A stretch of DNA of 64,000 nt, taken from NCBI GenBank assembly GCA_016432365.1, contig CP066686.1, positions 192,355 to 256,354 on the forward strand, given 5' to 3'. The DNA is from Candidatus Woesebacteria bacterium. Lineage in GTDB: Bacteria > Patescibacteriota > Microgenomatia > UBA8517. Within the stretch, counting starts at the first letter, position 1; each line of letters begins with the position of its first letter. Below are positions 10,191 to 20,308 of the stretch, one piece after another. Both the position numbers and the translations under genes were made by a program. Below the pieces are notes generated by a model. The model saw only the letters and a program-made list of their open reading frames with translations, made no database searches and was not told the origin of the DNA.

Positions 10191-11915
10191 CTAGATTTTT
10201 GTTCCTCGGAGATAAACTGCCGCCCAAGGGCGATAGTTGCTGACAAAAGTCTTTTCGAATATTACTTCGCCGGCACGCTTAACAGAATAGTTAAACGAGA
10301 CCTTGGCCCCGGTGGCGGCAAAATCTATCTGTTTAACGACCCCTAACGGGAGAGTGGGATCATCCTGATAGATCGTTGGAAGTGCGGGCACAATGTTTGA
10401 GACAACGGGTTTGGTAATTGAGGCAACTCTCCCGTCGCTTGTACCATAGATATCGAAGACCAGTGAATAATGTTTGGAGTCGGCTTTTGCCTCAATTAAT
10501 ATGTAGTTTTGTGTATTATTAATAAACTTAAAATCCGGAGATGGTCCATAAACCGTTGCATCGAGTCCGGGAGATGAATTTTGTTCATAGTACCCGACCT
10601 TGTATGCATGTGCGGCCCGTTCAATAATCGGAAGCCCGGCATTCAAAATCGCTCTAAAAAGAGTTGTTGAAACTTGACACACACCACCGCCGTCTCCGAG
10701 AATCGTTTTCCCCCCAGAAATTATATATGCCTGCTGATATCCGGTAAAAGCTGATACGTCCCCTAAAGTATCGTTAAATGAAAAAGTCTCACCTGGAGCC
10801 ACCAATGTTCCGTCAATTCGACTTGTAGCCAAGGCAACGTTGTAAACACGGGAAGGAATCGAGTGATAGTAAGTTGAAATACCGTGTCCGATTAACTCTT
10901 TTATACCAAGATTATTGACATTTTCAGTTGTCACATCGGGGGGTGTACGCTTAACAGGCAAGTCGAATGACGTTTCCGATTGATCGCTGGTAACCAAAAG
11001 ATTAAAAGAAGCAATAATTTTATCTTTTGTTTCTTCAGTGTTAACAGCAATGCCATCGAGAGCAGGTAGGAACTCTGTTACTTTTCCCCCATTAAAATCA
11101 AATTTAGGATTTTGTGGATTTCTATTTATTTTGTCGGAAATGCTTATCGTTTTTGAGTAAATCACTTCATCGTAAAATCCTCCTTTAAGATTTATGAATT
11201 TTAATAAGTCGGCGTCCGTTAAAACAAACTTATTAGATTCAAAATTTATTGTTATTTTTTTACCGACAAACTTTTGCACGAGAGCTTTGACAGTTTCCGC
11301 TTCTTGATCATCTAAAGATATATCTACTTTTTTGATGGGTATAGAAATTTGTTCTTCTGATGAGTACGCCAAACTCCTCCCGATTTCGGCTCTAAGTTTT
11401 TGCTGGTCAATTTCTGTGCCCGCCTTTCCTTTAAACACGTTAACCTTTCCGTTAACAATCTTTACAGATGGGGGAATTGGTTCTATATAATCTTGTCCGG
11501 CAATTACAGACAATATTTTTGTAAGTTTTTCTTCGTTCAGCTTCGTTGTTAGGCCAATAAATGTGGTATTACGTAGCAAATCTACTCTTTTAATCCAATC
11601 AAAAAAAATATTCCCCGTTCGGGCCAGATAATATGCTCTAATGGCCGAGTCGCTGAAGTTGTATGACAAATCAATGTCTTTTGTCTTTATTTCAAAAAAC
11701 TGAGTTCCGTCAGTCAAAACCAATTTTTTTGGAACGACAATTCTGTTAGTTAATAATATACCAGCCTCATCAATTTTTAAGCCACCCAGGTTGGTTTCTC
11801 CAACAAAAGTATTAGGGTATATTTTATCCGTGAATTTGTAATTATAGACTGCAAACATCCCTAATAAGATAGACAATAATATTAGAAGAGGTGTCGTCAA
11901 TCGTAATTTTTGCAT
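10191..11915 (-). CDS. VanW family protein with PG-binding repeats
   Basis: PGETFSFN, GGGVCQVSTTLFRA, GLDATV and DFKFINN motifs. Confidence 0.88.
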   Translation of the reverse strand: MQKLRLTTPLLILLSILLGMFAVYNYKFTDKIYPNTFVGETNLGGLKIDEAGILLTNRIVVPKKLVLTDGTQFFEIKTKDIDLSYNFSDSAIRAYYLARTGNIFFDWIKRVDLLRNTTFIGLTTKLNEEKLTKILSVIAGQDYIEPIPPSVKIVNGKVNVFKGKAGTEIDQQKLRAEIGRSLAYSSEEQISIPIKKVDISLDDQEAETVKALVQKFVGKKITINFESNKFVLTDADLLKFINLKGGFYDEVIYSKTISISDKINRNPQNPKFDFNGGKVTEFLPALDGIAVNTEETKDKIIASFNLLVTSDQSETSFDLPVKRTPPDVTTENVNNLGIKELIGHGISTYYHSIPSRVYNVALATSRIDGTLVAPGETFSFNDTLGDVSAFTGYQQAYIISGGKTILGDGGGVCQVSTTLFRAILNAGLPIIERAAHAYKVGYYEQNSSPGLDATVYGPSPDFKFINNTQNYILIEAKADSKHYSLVFDIYGTSDGRVASITKPVVSNIVPALPTIYQDDPTLPLGVVKQIDFAATGAKVSFNYSVKRAGEVIFEKTFVSNYRPWAAVYLRGTKI

Positions 11916-11984
11916 ATACCAAAAAAGGTCTTTGCCCGCCTGACTTTCATATGGTAACATTTAGTTGGGTTAATATCCTAACAT

Positions 11985-13370
11985 ATGCCTCCACAAAACA
12001 GTCCACAACCACAACCGCAAGCACAACAACCTGTAAAACCGGCAATACTTCCACCGCTTCCAAAAAGGGAGTTCCCTAAAGTAATTATTTGGATAGGGCT
12101 GGTCGTTGTGGTTCTTATATTGGCCTTTGTTATTTTTAGTCTTTTGACCAAATCTAAAACAAAATCGTCCGCAATTGTATGGTGGGGTTTATGGGAGGAC
12201 GATGCCAATGTTTCTTCTTTGATTTCGGCGTATGAATCTTCTCATCCCAACGTAAAAATTACATATGTAAAACAGTCCCCTCAGGATTATCGGGAGCGGT
12301 TGACCAACGCTCTTGCCAAAGGCACGGGTCCGGACATATTTAGATTCCACAATACGTGGGTTCCTATGTTCAAAAATGATTTAGATGTTCTCCCTCCCTC
12401 TGCGATGAGCCCTGCTGAATATGCAAAAACTTTTTATCCCGTTGCCTCGTCCGACCTCACAAGCGGTACGGGAATAGTGGGAATTCCTCTAGAGTATGAT
12501 GCGTTAACACTCTATATAAATGAGGACATCTTCAATAAGGCCGGAAAAACTCCGCCAGCCACTTGGGACGAGCTTAGAAACCTAGCAAGTCAGTTGACTG
12601 TCAAGGACGACCAAGGAACAATAACTCAATCGGGAGTAGCGATGGGGAGAACTGAAAATGTGGATCATTGGCCGGAAATTTTGGCACTTCTCATGATTCA
12701 GAACGGTGTCGATTTATCAAACCCTACGGGAAAAATTGCCGAAGACGCGCTCAGTTTTTTTACATATTTTGCTTCAACTGACGGAGTTTGGGATGTCACG
12801 CTTCCCCCTTCCACTCAGGCATTTGCTTCAGGAAAGCTCGCTATGTATTTTGGGCCAAGTTGGAGAACCTTCGAGATCTCTCTGGCAAATCCTAATTTAA
12901 AGTTTAAAACGGTCCCGATACCACAGCTACCAAAAGATAATCCGAACCAGCCGGATATTACATATGCAACATATTGGGCTGAGGGTGTATGGTCCAAAAG
13001 CACCAAAAAGGCCGCAGCCTGGGATTTCCTTAAATTTTTAAGTACCCAGGACTCGGCCCAGAAGCTGTTTCAGAATGAATCAAAAGTAAGGTCTTTCGGC
13101 GAACCTTATTCAAGAATCGATATGGCGAACCTTTTGAATACACATCCCATTTTAGGATCAATTATCACTCAAGCCCCTGGAGCTGCTAGCTGGTATTTAG
13201 CCTCGCGCACTTTTGATGGTCCCACAGGAATTAATTCACAAATGGCCAACTATTTTGGCGACGCAGTTAATTCCATGTCCGAAGGTAATACAACCCCAAC
13301 GAAAGCACTAGAAGCTGCGGCTCAAGGGGTAAGTCAGGTATTGGTTCAATATAGACTTATCGCAAAATAG
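11985..13370 (+). CDS. Extracellular solute-binding protein, sugar ABC type, TM-anchored
   Basis: GPDIF, LYINEDIF, PPATWDEL, FASGKLAMYF and AAWDFLKFL motifs. Confidence 0.85.
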   Translation: MPPQNSPQPQPQAQQPVKPAILPPLPKREFPKVIIWIGLVVVVLILAFVIFSLLTKSKTKSSAIVWWGLWEDDANVSSLISAYESSHPNVKITYVKQSPQDYRERLTNALAKGTGPDIFRFHNTWVPMFKNDLDVLPPSAMSPAEYAKTFYPVASSDLTSGTGIVGIPLEYDALTLYINEDIFNKAGKTPPATWDELRNLASQLTVKDDQGTITQSGVAMGRTENVDHWPEILALLMIQNGVDLSNPTGKIAEDALSFFTYFASTDGVWDVTLPPSTQAFASGKLAMYFGPSWRTFEISLANPNLKFKTVPIPQLPKDNPNQPDITYATYWAEGVWSKSTKKAAAWDFLKFLSTQDSAQKLFQNESKVRSFGEPYSRIDMANLLNTHPILGSIITQAPGAASWYLASRTFDGPTGINSQMANYFGDAVNSMSEGNTTPTKALEAAAQGVSQVLVQYRLIAK

Positions 13371-13378
13371 TTAATATT

Positions 13379-14248
13379 ATGCCCAACCTCTATTCGATCA
13401 ACGTAAGTTCGTCTCCTTCGCGAAGTCTCTTACCAGATGAAATAAAAGCCGTTGTTTACCATGATTGTTTTGATTGCCCTCTAAGTTTTTCCGAAATGAT
13501 TAAGTGGAGGTCAACAAATTTAGCCGATATAAAAATTGATATGCATGAAGTTGTTGTTCGTAACGGTTATTGTTTTTTGGGGGGAAGAGAAGGGTTGATA
13601 TATAAAAAATCTTTACGCCAAAGGATTTCTGCCAAGAAAACGGAAATTGCCAAACGTGCGGCTAAGATTTTATCATTGGTTCCGGGAATAAAAATGGTGG
13701 CGGTTACGGGTTCCTTGGCAATGGAGAACTCTGATGATGAAAGCGATATAGATTTAATGATTGTTACAAAGACCGGAAGGCTCTGGACCACCCGTCTTTT
13801 GTCCTACCTTTCACTTTATGCTTTTCGATTTTCGCTTCGTAGCCCAAATGACAAAAATCAAAAGGACAAGCTCTGTTTAAATATGTGGCTCGACGAGCAC
13901 GACCTGGTGTGGCGTGAACGTAATATTTACACTTCCCATGAGATAGCTCAGATACTCCCTCTGGTTAATAAGGACAAAACTTACGAGAAGTTTTTATATA
14001 AAAATAAATGGATTTTGGAGTATTGGCCAAATGCGGTTAGGATAAATGAAGAGGGAAGAGTGAAGAGCGAAAAAGTTTTTAGCTCTTCGTTTTTCGCTTT
14101 TACTTTGCGATTGGTTGAAAAGATCGCATTCTGGCTCCAGTACAGACATATGAGGTCTAAAATTTCCCGTGAGGTAATATCTCCAACCCGAGCCCTCTTT
14201 CACCCTCAAGATTGGGGAAAGGTTGTTATGGGGAGACTTTCTCCCTGA
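13379..14248 (+). CDS. Nucleotidyltransferase-domain protein
   Basis: VTGSLA...SDIDL (Pol-beta type GS/DxD), KLCLN. Confidence 0.75.
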   Translation: MPNLYSINVSSSPSRSLLPDEIKAVVYHDCFDCPLSFSEMIKWRSTNLADIKIDMHEVVVRNGYCFLGGREGLIYKKSLRQRISAKKTEIAKRAAKILSLVPGIKMVAVTGSLAMENSDDESDIDLMIVTKTGRLWTTRLLSYLSLYAFRFSLRSPNDKNQKDKLCLNMWLDEHDLVWRERNIYTSHEIAQILPLVNKDKTYEKFLYKNKWILEYWPNAVRINEEGRVKSEKVFSSSFFAFTLRLVEKIAFWLQYRHMRSKISREVISPTRALFHPQDWGKVVMGRLSP

Positions 14249-14288
14249 TTCAACAACGCCCGCACTTCGTGAGGCAGGCATATGGCAC

Positions 14289-14342
14289 TTGACAGGGTCC
14301 GCTAGTGTTCGTAAAATAGCACTCAGTTGTTAAGAATGCTAA
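14289..14342 (+). promoter_or_regulatory. Sigma70 promoter and CIRCE operator of groESL
   Basis: TTGACA(14289)-17 bp-TAAAAT(14312); ATAGCACTC-N9-GAATGCTAA at 14316-14342. Confidence 0.88.
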
Positions 14343-14389
14343 ATTTATTCTTGACAAACTTGTTTTCATATTTTAAATTTCAAAACGAA

Positions 14390-14698
14390 ATGACAAAACT
14401 TAATTTAAAACCAACGGCGGGATATCTTCTTATTGAGCCTTTGGAAAAAGAGGTCAAAACCGCTTCAGGAATTTACCTACCGGAAAATGCCGGCGAAAAA
14501 CCGCAAAAAGGTAAAGTCATAGCAACCGGCGCGGCCAGTTGTTCGGATTGCAAAGGTGGTAGTTGTTGCATGATAGATTCTCCGGCCAAAACAGGAGATG
14601 TTGTTTTATATAAAAAGTGGGGTGGAAATGAGGTTAAAATCGAAGGTAAAGAGTATTTGTTTGTGAAGTTTGAGGATGTTTTAGCCGTCGAGGCGTAA
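14390..14698 (+). CDS. groES: Co-chaperonin GroES with Cys-rich roof loop
   Basis: [28 protein letters not shown] and EDVLAV motifs; directly upstream of groEL. Confidence 0.93.
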   Translation: MTKLNLKPTAGYLLIEPLEKEVKTASGIYLPENAGEKPQKGKVIATGAASCSDCKGGSCCMIDSPAKTGDVVLYKKWGGNEVKIEGKEYLFVKFEDVLAVEA

Positions 14699-14720
14699 AA
14701 CATCCTTCATAGATATCATT

Positions 14721-16352
14721 ATGGCTAAACAATTAAAATTTGGAACAGAAGCAAGAGAGTCACTTAAAAAAGGAATTGATATTGTGGCTAAAGCTGTGGT
14801 AACAACTCTTGGACCAAAAGGTAGGAATATTGCATTGGACAAAAAATGGGGAGCACCTAACATTGTTCACGACGGAGTGTCCGTTGCTAAAGAAATAGAT
14901 CTTCCGGATCCGTTTGAAAACATGGGAGCTCAACTTGTAAAAGAGGCCGCCAGTAAAACCAACGACAACGCCGGTGATGGAACCACAACCTCAACACTTC
15001 TGGCCCAGGTAATGACAGATAAGGGCATGAAGAAAATTGACGCGGGAGCAAACCCCATGATTGTTAAGAAAGGAATAGAAAAAGCAGTTGAAGCGGTTGT
15101 AGCAGAACTTAAAAAGATGGCAAAGCCGATCAAAGGTAAAGAAGAGATTGCTCAGGTTGCCACCATTTCGGCAGGAGATGAAGCAATTGGTGCAAAAATC
15201 GCTGAAGCACTCGATAAAGTCGGCCGCGACGGAGTAGTCACTGTTGAGGAGGGAAAAGGGCTCACAATCGATATTGAATACAAAGAAGGAATGGAATTTG
15301 ACAGGGGTTACGCTTCTGCATATTTCGTCACCAATGCTGACAAAATGGAGGCGGAAATCGAAGACGCTTACATCCTTCTTACAGACAAAAAGATTTCCTC
15401 TATCCAAGATCTTCTTCCTTTCCTGGAAAAATTCGTAAAGGTGAGTAAGAGTTTGGTAATTATTGCAGATGAGATTGACGGTGAGGCTTTGGCTACTCTT
15501 GTTGTTAACAAACTTCGTGGAACCTTCAATGTTTTGGCCATCAAGGCCCCAGGATTTGGGGACAGACGCAAGGAAATGCTGGAAGATATTGCAACCCTAA
15601 CAGGAGGAACTGTTATAAGTGAGGATACCGGTCGAACTTTTGAATCAATTGAAGTAACAGATTTAGGGAGGGCCGACAAAGTTTGGGCGGACAAGGACAA
15701 TGCAAGAATAATTGGAGGAAAAGGAGATAAAACCGCGATTAATAGCAGGGTAGAGTCAATCAAAAAACAGATTAAGGCCACAGATAGCGATTTTGACAAA
15801 GAAAAATTTGAAGAAAGATTGGCTAAACTTTCTGGCGGTGTTGCCCAGATAAACGTAGGAGCGGCTACAGAAATTGAACTTAACGATAAAAAAGAGCGAG
15901 TAAAAGATGCGGTTGGGGCCACCAAAGCTGCCGTAGAAGAGGGAATTGTTCCGGGAGGGGAAACCGCTCTTCTTAGGGCACGTGAGGTTCTAAAGGGTGT
16001 CAAAGTCGAAAAAGGAGATGAACAAATCGGCGTTGACATTATTTCCGAATCGCTTGAAGAACCCATAAAATGGCTTGCTAAAAATGCAGGTGACGATGAA
16101 AAAGCCGTTCTTAAGAAGGTTTTGGATTCGAAAGATAATGATTTTGGTTACAACGCACTAACTGGTGAATTTGGGTCGATGACTAAAATGGGAATAATCG
16201 ACCCTGTTAAGGTTACCAGAAGCGCACTACAAAACGCCGCAAGCGTTGCAATGATGGTTCTCACGACCGAAGGATTAGTAACAGACCTACCGGAACCCAA
16301 GAAAGATGTGCCACAAATGCCACCTGGAGGTATGGGTGGAATGGACTACTAA
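14721..16352 (+). CDS. groEL: Chaperonin GroEL
   Basis: [28 protein letters not shown] tail. Confidence 0.98.
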   Translation: MAKQLKFGTEARESLKKGIDIVAKAVVTTLGPKGRNIALDKKWGAPNIVHDGVSVAKEIDLPDPFENMGAQLVKEAASKTNDNAGDGTTTSTLLAQVMTDKGMKKIDAGANPMIVKKGIEKAVEAVVAELKKMAKPIKGKEEIAQVATISAGDEAIGAKIAEALDKVGRDGVVTVEEGKGLTIDIEYKEGMEFDRGYASAYFVTNADKMEAEIEDAYILLTDKKISSIQDLLPFLEKFVKVSKSLVIIADEIDGEALATLVVNKLRGTFNVLAIKAPGFGDRRKEMLEDIATLTGGTVISEDTGRTFESIEVTDLGRADKVWADKDNARIIGGKGDKTAINSRVESIKKQIKATDSDFDKEKFEERLAKLSGGVAQINVGAATEIELNDKKERVKDAVGATKAAVEEGIVPGGETALLRAREVLKGVKVEKGDEQIGVDIISESLEEPIKWLAKNAGDDEKAVLKKVLDSKDNDFGYNALTGEFGSMTKMGIIDPVKVTRSALQNAASVAMMVLTTEGLVTDLPEPKKDVPQMPPGGMGGMDY

Positions 16353-16384
16353 CTTCTAGCTAATAATCAAGAACTAATAATTTA

Positions 16385-16480
16385 TGACATCCTCCTCACA
16401 TTTTGAATGCGAGGTTTCCCTTAAGGGAGGATGACATATCAGCGTTCAATTTATCCTCGCAGCCTGCGAGGTTTTCTTGA
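16385..16480 (-). mobile_element. Miniature non-autonomous IS200/IS605-derived element (joined left and right ends)
   Basis: Minus strand TCAAGAAAA-CCTCGCAGGCTGCGAGG-ATAAATTGA ... GGGAAA-CCTCGCATTCAAAATGTGAGG-AGGATGTCA: two related subterminal hairpins with IS605-like termini, no ORF. Confidence 0.65.
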
Positions 16481-16501
16481 AAGCTGTTATAATTGCACTC
16501 A

Positions 16502-17098
16502 ATGTGGAAAGATGCTGAAGAATTTCTTCAAAAGGACAAATATATTGAACCTCTGATCAGAGCATGGGGACATTGTACAATTAAACCCATCGAAAAATCA
16601 AAATACTTTGAAGATTTGGTTAACGCAATTTGTTCACAACAACTTTCGGGCAAAGCCGCGGAAACAATTTTTGGCCGTGTAAAAAAAGCTCTAAACAACA
16701 AAATTACTTCAGAAAATTTAACAAAAATAGACACAGAAGAATTAAGAAAGTGTGGCCTTTCTTATGCAAAATGTTCATACGTTAAGGATTTAGCCCTAAA
16801 AGCTAAAAGCAAAAAGCTAAAAGTGAAAAGTTTGGATAGCCTCGCCGATGAAGAGGTGGTTAACGAACTGATCCAAGTAAAGGGAATAGGAAGATGGACC
16901 GCCGAGATGTTTTTAATGTTTAGTTTGGGTAGACAGGATGTTTTTCCGGTTGATGATCTCGGGATAAAAAAGGGGTTCGAGAAGGTAATCGGGAAAAAAT
17001 GGGACAAAATTAGATCTGCCAAATTTGCTCAAAAACACTGGTCCCCATATAGAACAATGGCCTCTTGGTATCTATGGCGATCGCTGGAAAACAGATAA
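16502..17098 (+). CDS. alkA: DNA-3-methyladenine glycosylase II (HhH-GPD family)
   Basis: ICSQQLS, KGIGRWTAEM, FPVDDLG and WSPYRT motifs. Confidence 0.88.
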   Translation: MWKDAEEFLQKDKYIEPLIRAWGHCTIKPIEKSKYFEDLVNAICSQQLSGKAAETIFGRVKKALNNKITSENLTKIDTEELRKCGLSYAKCSYVKDLALKAKSKKLKVKSLDSLADEEVVNELIQVKGIGRWTAEMFLMFSLGRQDVFPVDDLGIKKGFEKVIGKKWDKIRSAKFAQKHWSPYRTMASWYLWRSLENR

Positions 17099-17116
17099 TT
17101 AGTCCCTACCGGATGG

Positions 17117-17809
17117 CTATCTGGGTATTACAGATAGGGGATTAAGTGGGGCACCGTTTTGGCGTACCTCTAAATGTAGATGAGGCCCGGTCGTATGGCC
17201 GGTAATACCTACTTTACCAATCTCCGTAGCAGTGGTGATCGTTTCCCCGGTTTTAACTTCGATTTTGGATAAATGGGCATATCGGGAGGTTAAACCTTTG
17301 CCGTGGTCTACGACTACTGTATTACCATAGCCGTCGGTGGCATACCCGGCTTCGATGACATGACCCGATTTAATTGGTTCTATAGGCTCTCCGACTTCTG
17401 CTCCAAAATCGATACCAGGGTGGAAAAAGCTATATCCCTGGTTAATTTTTACCTGAGAAAGCGGATATTGGGTTCCTATTTGGGTTTCAAGAGTATTTTG
17501 AGGCTCAATGACTACTTGATCGGAAGGAGTAGAACTTTCAAAGGCATTAACATCAGAAGCTTGATTAAAAGGTAAAAAAGAAGTGATAACGGCAATAGCA
17601 GCAAAATTAGTGGCCATAATGCGTCGTGCCTTTTTATGCCCGGTTATGTGCCTAATCACTTTACCAATAAGCGTGCCCTTTCTGTATTTTTTGTTCACAA
17701 AGGCCACAGTAGGCACAACAGGTTCATCCAACAAAGGTTTGCGCCTTTTTATCAAGCGAAAATGCATCGCAAGGCGGTACTTAGGCAGTTCGAGGCTAAA
17801 TTTTTTCAT
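17117..17809 (-). CDS. M23 family metallopeptidase
   Basis: HPGID, GYGN, YAHL and TGPHLHLEV motifs. Confidence 0.9.
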   Translation of the reverse strand: MKKFSLELPKYRLAMHFRLIKRRKPLLDEPVVPTVAFVNKKYRKGTLIGKVIRHITGHKKARRIMATNFAAIAVITSFLPFNQASDVNAFESSTPSDQVVIEPQNTLETQIGTQYPLSQVKINQGYSFFHPGIDFGAEVGEPIEPIKSGHVIEAGYATDGYGNTVVVDHGKGLTSRYAHLSKIEVKTGETITTATEIGKVGITGHTTGPHLHLEVRQNGAPLNPLSVIPR

Positions 17810-17897
17810 AATACCCCGCTCAGCGGGGCAAAGCCCTCCTTCGCTTCTGAAGCTACAGAAGGGTACAAAAAATCCCGCATAAGCGGGACAAGCCGTG

Positions 17898-17927
17898 ATT
17901 ATACCTCGTGTGAAGACCCAATGTCAA
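17898..17927 (-). promoter_or_regulatory. Sigma70 promoter upstream of the M23 peptidase gene
   Basis: TTGACA-18 bp-TATAAT on the minus strand. Confidence 0.7.
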
Positions 17928-17930
17928 ATT

Positions 17931-18362
17931 TTAGAAGCTGACATCGTAATCAATAGCAGGAGGAGAAAGTTTCTGTTGACTGACATCAAGTGAATTGATC
18001 TGGCTGTTTAGTTCTTTTAGTTTGATCTCAGTTACTGACAATATGTCCCCGCTGGGTGTGGCGATTGGAGTTGTTACTACAAATGGTGTCGGGGTTTTCT
18101 TTGGAGGAATAAACACAACCGGGGCACTTCTTGTACCAAATAATAGCCCCAGTATGATTATTAAAAAAATCAAACCGAACGCCACGGTCACTGGAATAAA
18201 AACCTTCTTATTTGCATAAAATTTGATGAGTATGTTTTTGACAGGAAGTGGAAAAGAACCCCAAACTCTTAATAAGACCGTCTTTATTTTTCCAATAACT
18301 TCTGTAACACCGCCTTTAGGTTTGGGTTGAGTCACGGTTTGGTTGATTTCAGGGTTGTTCAT
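17931..18362 (-). CDS. Single-TM hypothetical protein
   Basis: TM helix, PTP-rich linker, C-terminal PP.ID.DV.F. Confidence 0.6.
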   Translation of the reverse strand: MNNPEINQTVTQPKPKGGVTEVIGKIKTVLLRVWGSFPLPVKNILIKFYANKKVFIPVTVAFGLIFLIIILGLLFGTRSAPVVFIPPKKTPTPFVVTTPIATPSGDILSVTEIKLKELNSQINSLDVSQQKLSPPAIDYDVSF

Positions 18363-19171
18363 TGCTGGTTTTTTATATAATTTAATACTTCTGTCAAAAA
18401 TTTATTAAATTGGGAAAGCTGCGGAACTCCCAACCCCAATATCTCAATACTGGCTTCAAAACTACCTTGAGGTGAGTATGATTGGTTGTAAATCTTTTGG
18501 ATCCGGGTTCTTACATCACTCTCATTTTGTTTAAGCATTGAGTCCGTCGCGTCAATGTCTGTCAACCAATGATTAAATGGATTACGGGTAAGTTTCCCCG
18601 TGGCCACCCCCGCGTCGATAGCTGTTTTTAGAGTTGAGTAGACAGCTTCATGCTCATTTCTTAGTGCGATTTCTTCCCCGAGTCCAATGTCCACCAGGGC
18701 TTCGTCGATAGTAAGAAGGGTATTGGCCTTATACCTTGCACGAGCCTCATCACTTCGGCTGAATAAAGTTTCTAAAGAATCGTTGGAATTGTATTTTTCT
18801 TTATCACTTTTATACCAATCCACCTCGGAGTCGATTTTGACAAAAATGTTATTTTTATCTTCACCACTTAGGCCTTTATCCTCAACTATTTTTTGTTTAA
18901 GCATTTGCATGTAGACTGTCATCATTTGATCCCTGGACCTAAGCATATTAAGGGTTTTTTGTCTGGCATCCTCCTTAAGTGAGAGGGTTTTGTTGGCTAG
19001 ATAAGAGTTTTTAGCATCCTGATAATCAGAGTAGGCCTGGTTGTATAAAGTTAGATTATAAAGATGGTCTTGATATGCTTTATTGAAGTCAAAGGTTTGG
19101 GCGTGAATACTAGTACTAAGTACTAAGTACAAAGAGCCAAGTACAAGCGTTGTTAGGACAGCCTTTTTCAT
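18359..19171 (-). CDS. Secreted helical hypothetical protein
   Basis: Signal peptide followed by helical/coiled-coil composition. Confidence 0.65.
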   Translation of the reverse strand: MKKAVLTTLVLGSLYLVLSTSIHAQTFDFNKAYQDHLYNLTLYNQAYSDYQDAKNSYLANKTLSLKEDARQKTLNMLRSRDQMMTVYMQMLKQKIVEDKGLSGEDKNNIFVKIDSEVDWYKSDKEKYNSNDSLETLFSRSDEARARYKANTLLTIDEALVDIGLGEEIALRNEHEAVYSTLKTAIDAGVATGKLTRNPFNHWLTDIDATDSMLKQNESDVRTRIQKIYNQSYSPQGSFEASIEILGLGVPQLSQFNKFLTEVLNYIKNQQ

Positions 19172-19212
19172 ATTTATTTATTTTAACACGACAAACGCAT
19201 TTGAGAGAACTC

Positions 19213-19229
19213 GAGGCCGGAGCGGGAAT
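19213..19229 (-). repeat. 17-bp direct duplication of the tRNA-Cys 3' end (att-like)
   Basis: gaggccggagcgggaat at 19213-19229 is identical to 19283-19299. Confidence 0.85.
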
Positions 19230-19283
19230 TATGCGCAAAAATGCAATTCAATTTGCGCTGTCGATTGCCGATTCGGACTTCTG

Positions 19284-19356
19284 AGGCCGGAGCGGGAATC
19301 GAACCCGCGCGATAGAAGTTTTGCAGACTCCCGTGTTTCCACTTCACCATCCGGCC
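19284..19356 (-). tRNA. tRNA-Cys(GCA), CCA not encoded
   Basis: GGCCGGA/TCCGGCC acceptor stem, anticodon loop CTGCAAA, GGTTCGATTCC T-arm, U discriminator. Confidence 0.92.
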
Positions 19357-19417
19357 GTGTAGTCCTATTGTATCTTAAGCTCGACGTTAACTCAAAACTT
19401 TGCTAAACTCGGGGACA

Positions 19418-20308
19418 ATGAAGACTTTTAAGGTTGTTATAGCCACCCTTGTCGCTATATCTTTTTTGACAGTAGCTATATTTTTTTTGATCGGTTTTTT
19501 AAAACCGAAGCAGGCGGGTATAAAGATAGAGACCTTACCTTCAGCCACGATATATTTAAACGGTGTTATTGTGGGCAAAACGCCATTTGAAGGAGTATAC
19601 AAACCCGGCGAGACACTGATTAAATTGGTCCCAGACGGTGACGGAAAGCTACTTCCGTTTGAGACTAAGGTAAAGCTTCTGCCCGGAATAAAAACGTTAA
19701 TACGGCGTGAGTTTGGAACAACGGAGGATCTCTCCTCGGGTGATATAATTTCGTTTGACAATATTTCGTCTAAAGACACTAGCTTAATAGCAATTTCTAT
19801 TCCCGAAAACGCGCAGATATCTCTTGACGGTGTTCCCAGAGGCTTTACACCATACAAAACCTCCGCAATTTCTCCGGCTGAGCATCAAATTACAATTAAA
19901 GCGCCGGGATATAACGACAGGGTGATGAAACTTAAAACTCTTGTTGGCTACCGCCTGACAATTTTTGTTAAGTTAGCAAAAAGCTCTCAAAATGAAACAT
20001 TGGAAAATCCAAAAAATACCTTAGAGCCTGCTGTTAAAAAGTATGTTGAAATACTTAAAACACCCACAGGATTTCTTAGGGTTAGGACCCAACCCGGAAC
20101 AAAAGGTGAGGAAATAGCGGAAGTAAAACCCGGTCAAAGGTTTTTATATTTAGAAACGGACCCCAATACCGCCTGGAACAAAATTCAATATCAGGAACCT
20201 CGTCCCGGGCTTCCCAACGGGATAACGGGCTGGGTTTCCGGTGAATTTTCAAAAGTGGTTGAAGAATCAGCAAATAACGCAACGGGTAGTGCAAATACTA
20301 CAATTTAA
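19418..20308 (+). CDS. PEGA- and SH3-domain membrane-anchored protein
   Basis: GKTPF and GFTPY PEGA repeats; TPTGFLRVR...GWVS SH3b pattern. Confidence 0.8.
   Translation: MKTFKVVIATLVAISFLTVAIFFLIGFLKPKQAGIKIETLPSATIYLNGVIVGKTPFEGVYKPGETLIKLVPDGDGKLLPFETKVKLLPGIKTLIRREFGTTEDLSSGDIISFDNISSKDTSLIAISIPENAQISLDGVPRGFTPYKTSAISPAEHQITIKAPGYNDRVMKLKTLVGYRLTIFVKLAKSSQNETLENPKNTLEPAVKKYVEILKTPTGFLRVRTQPGTKGEEIAEVKPGQRFLYLETDPNTAWNKIQYQEPRPGLPNGITGWVSGEFSKVVEESANNATGSANTTI

Noticed and set aside
14351-14401. Possible duplicated groES start (ttgacaaactt versus atgacaaaactt)
   Set aside because: Too short and AT-rich to distinguish from chance or from a second -35 box.
15368-16066. Long antisense ORFs (also 30432-30971, 33768-34364, 62724-63335 and many shorter ones)
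   Set aside because: Shadows of well-supported genes on the opposite strand, with no motifs of their own.
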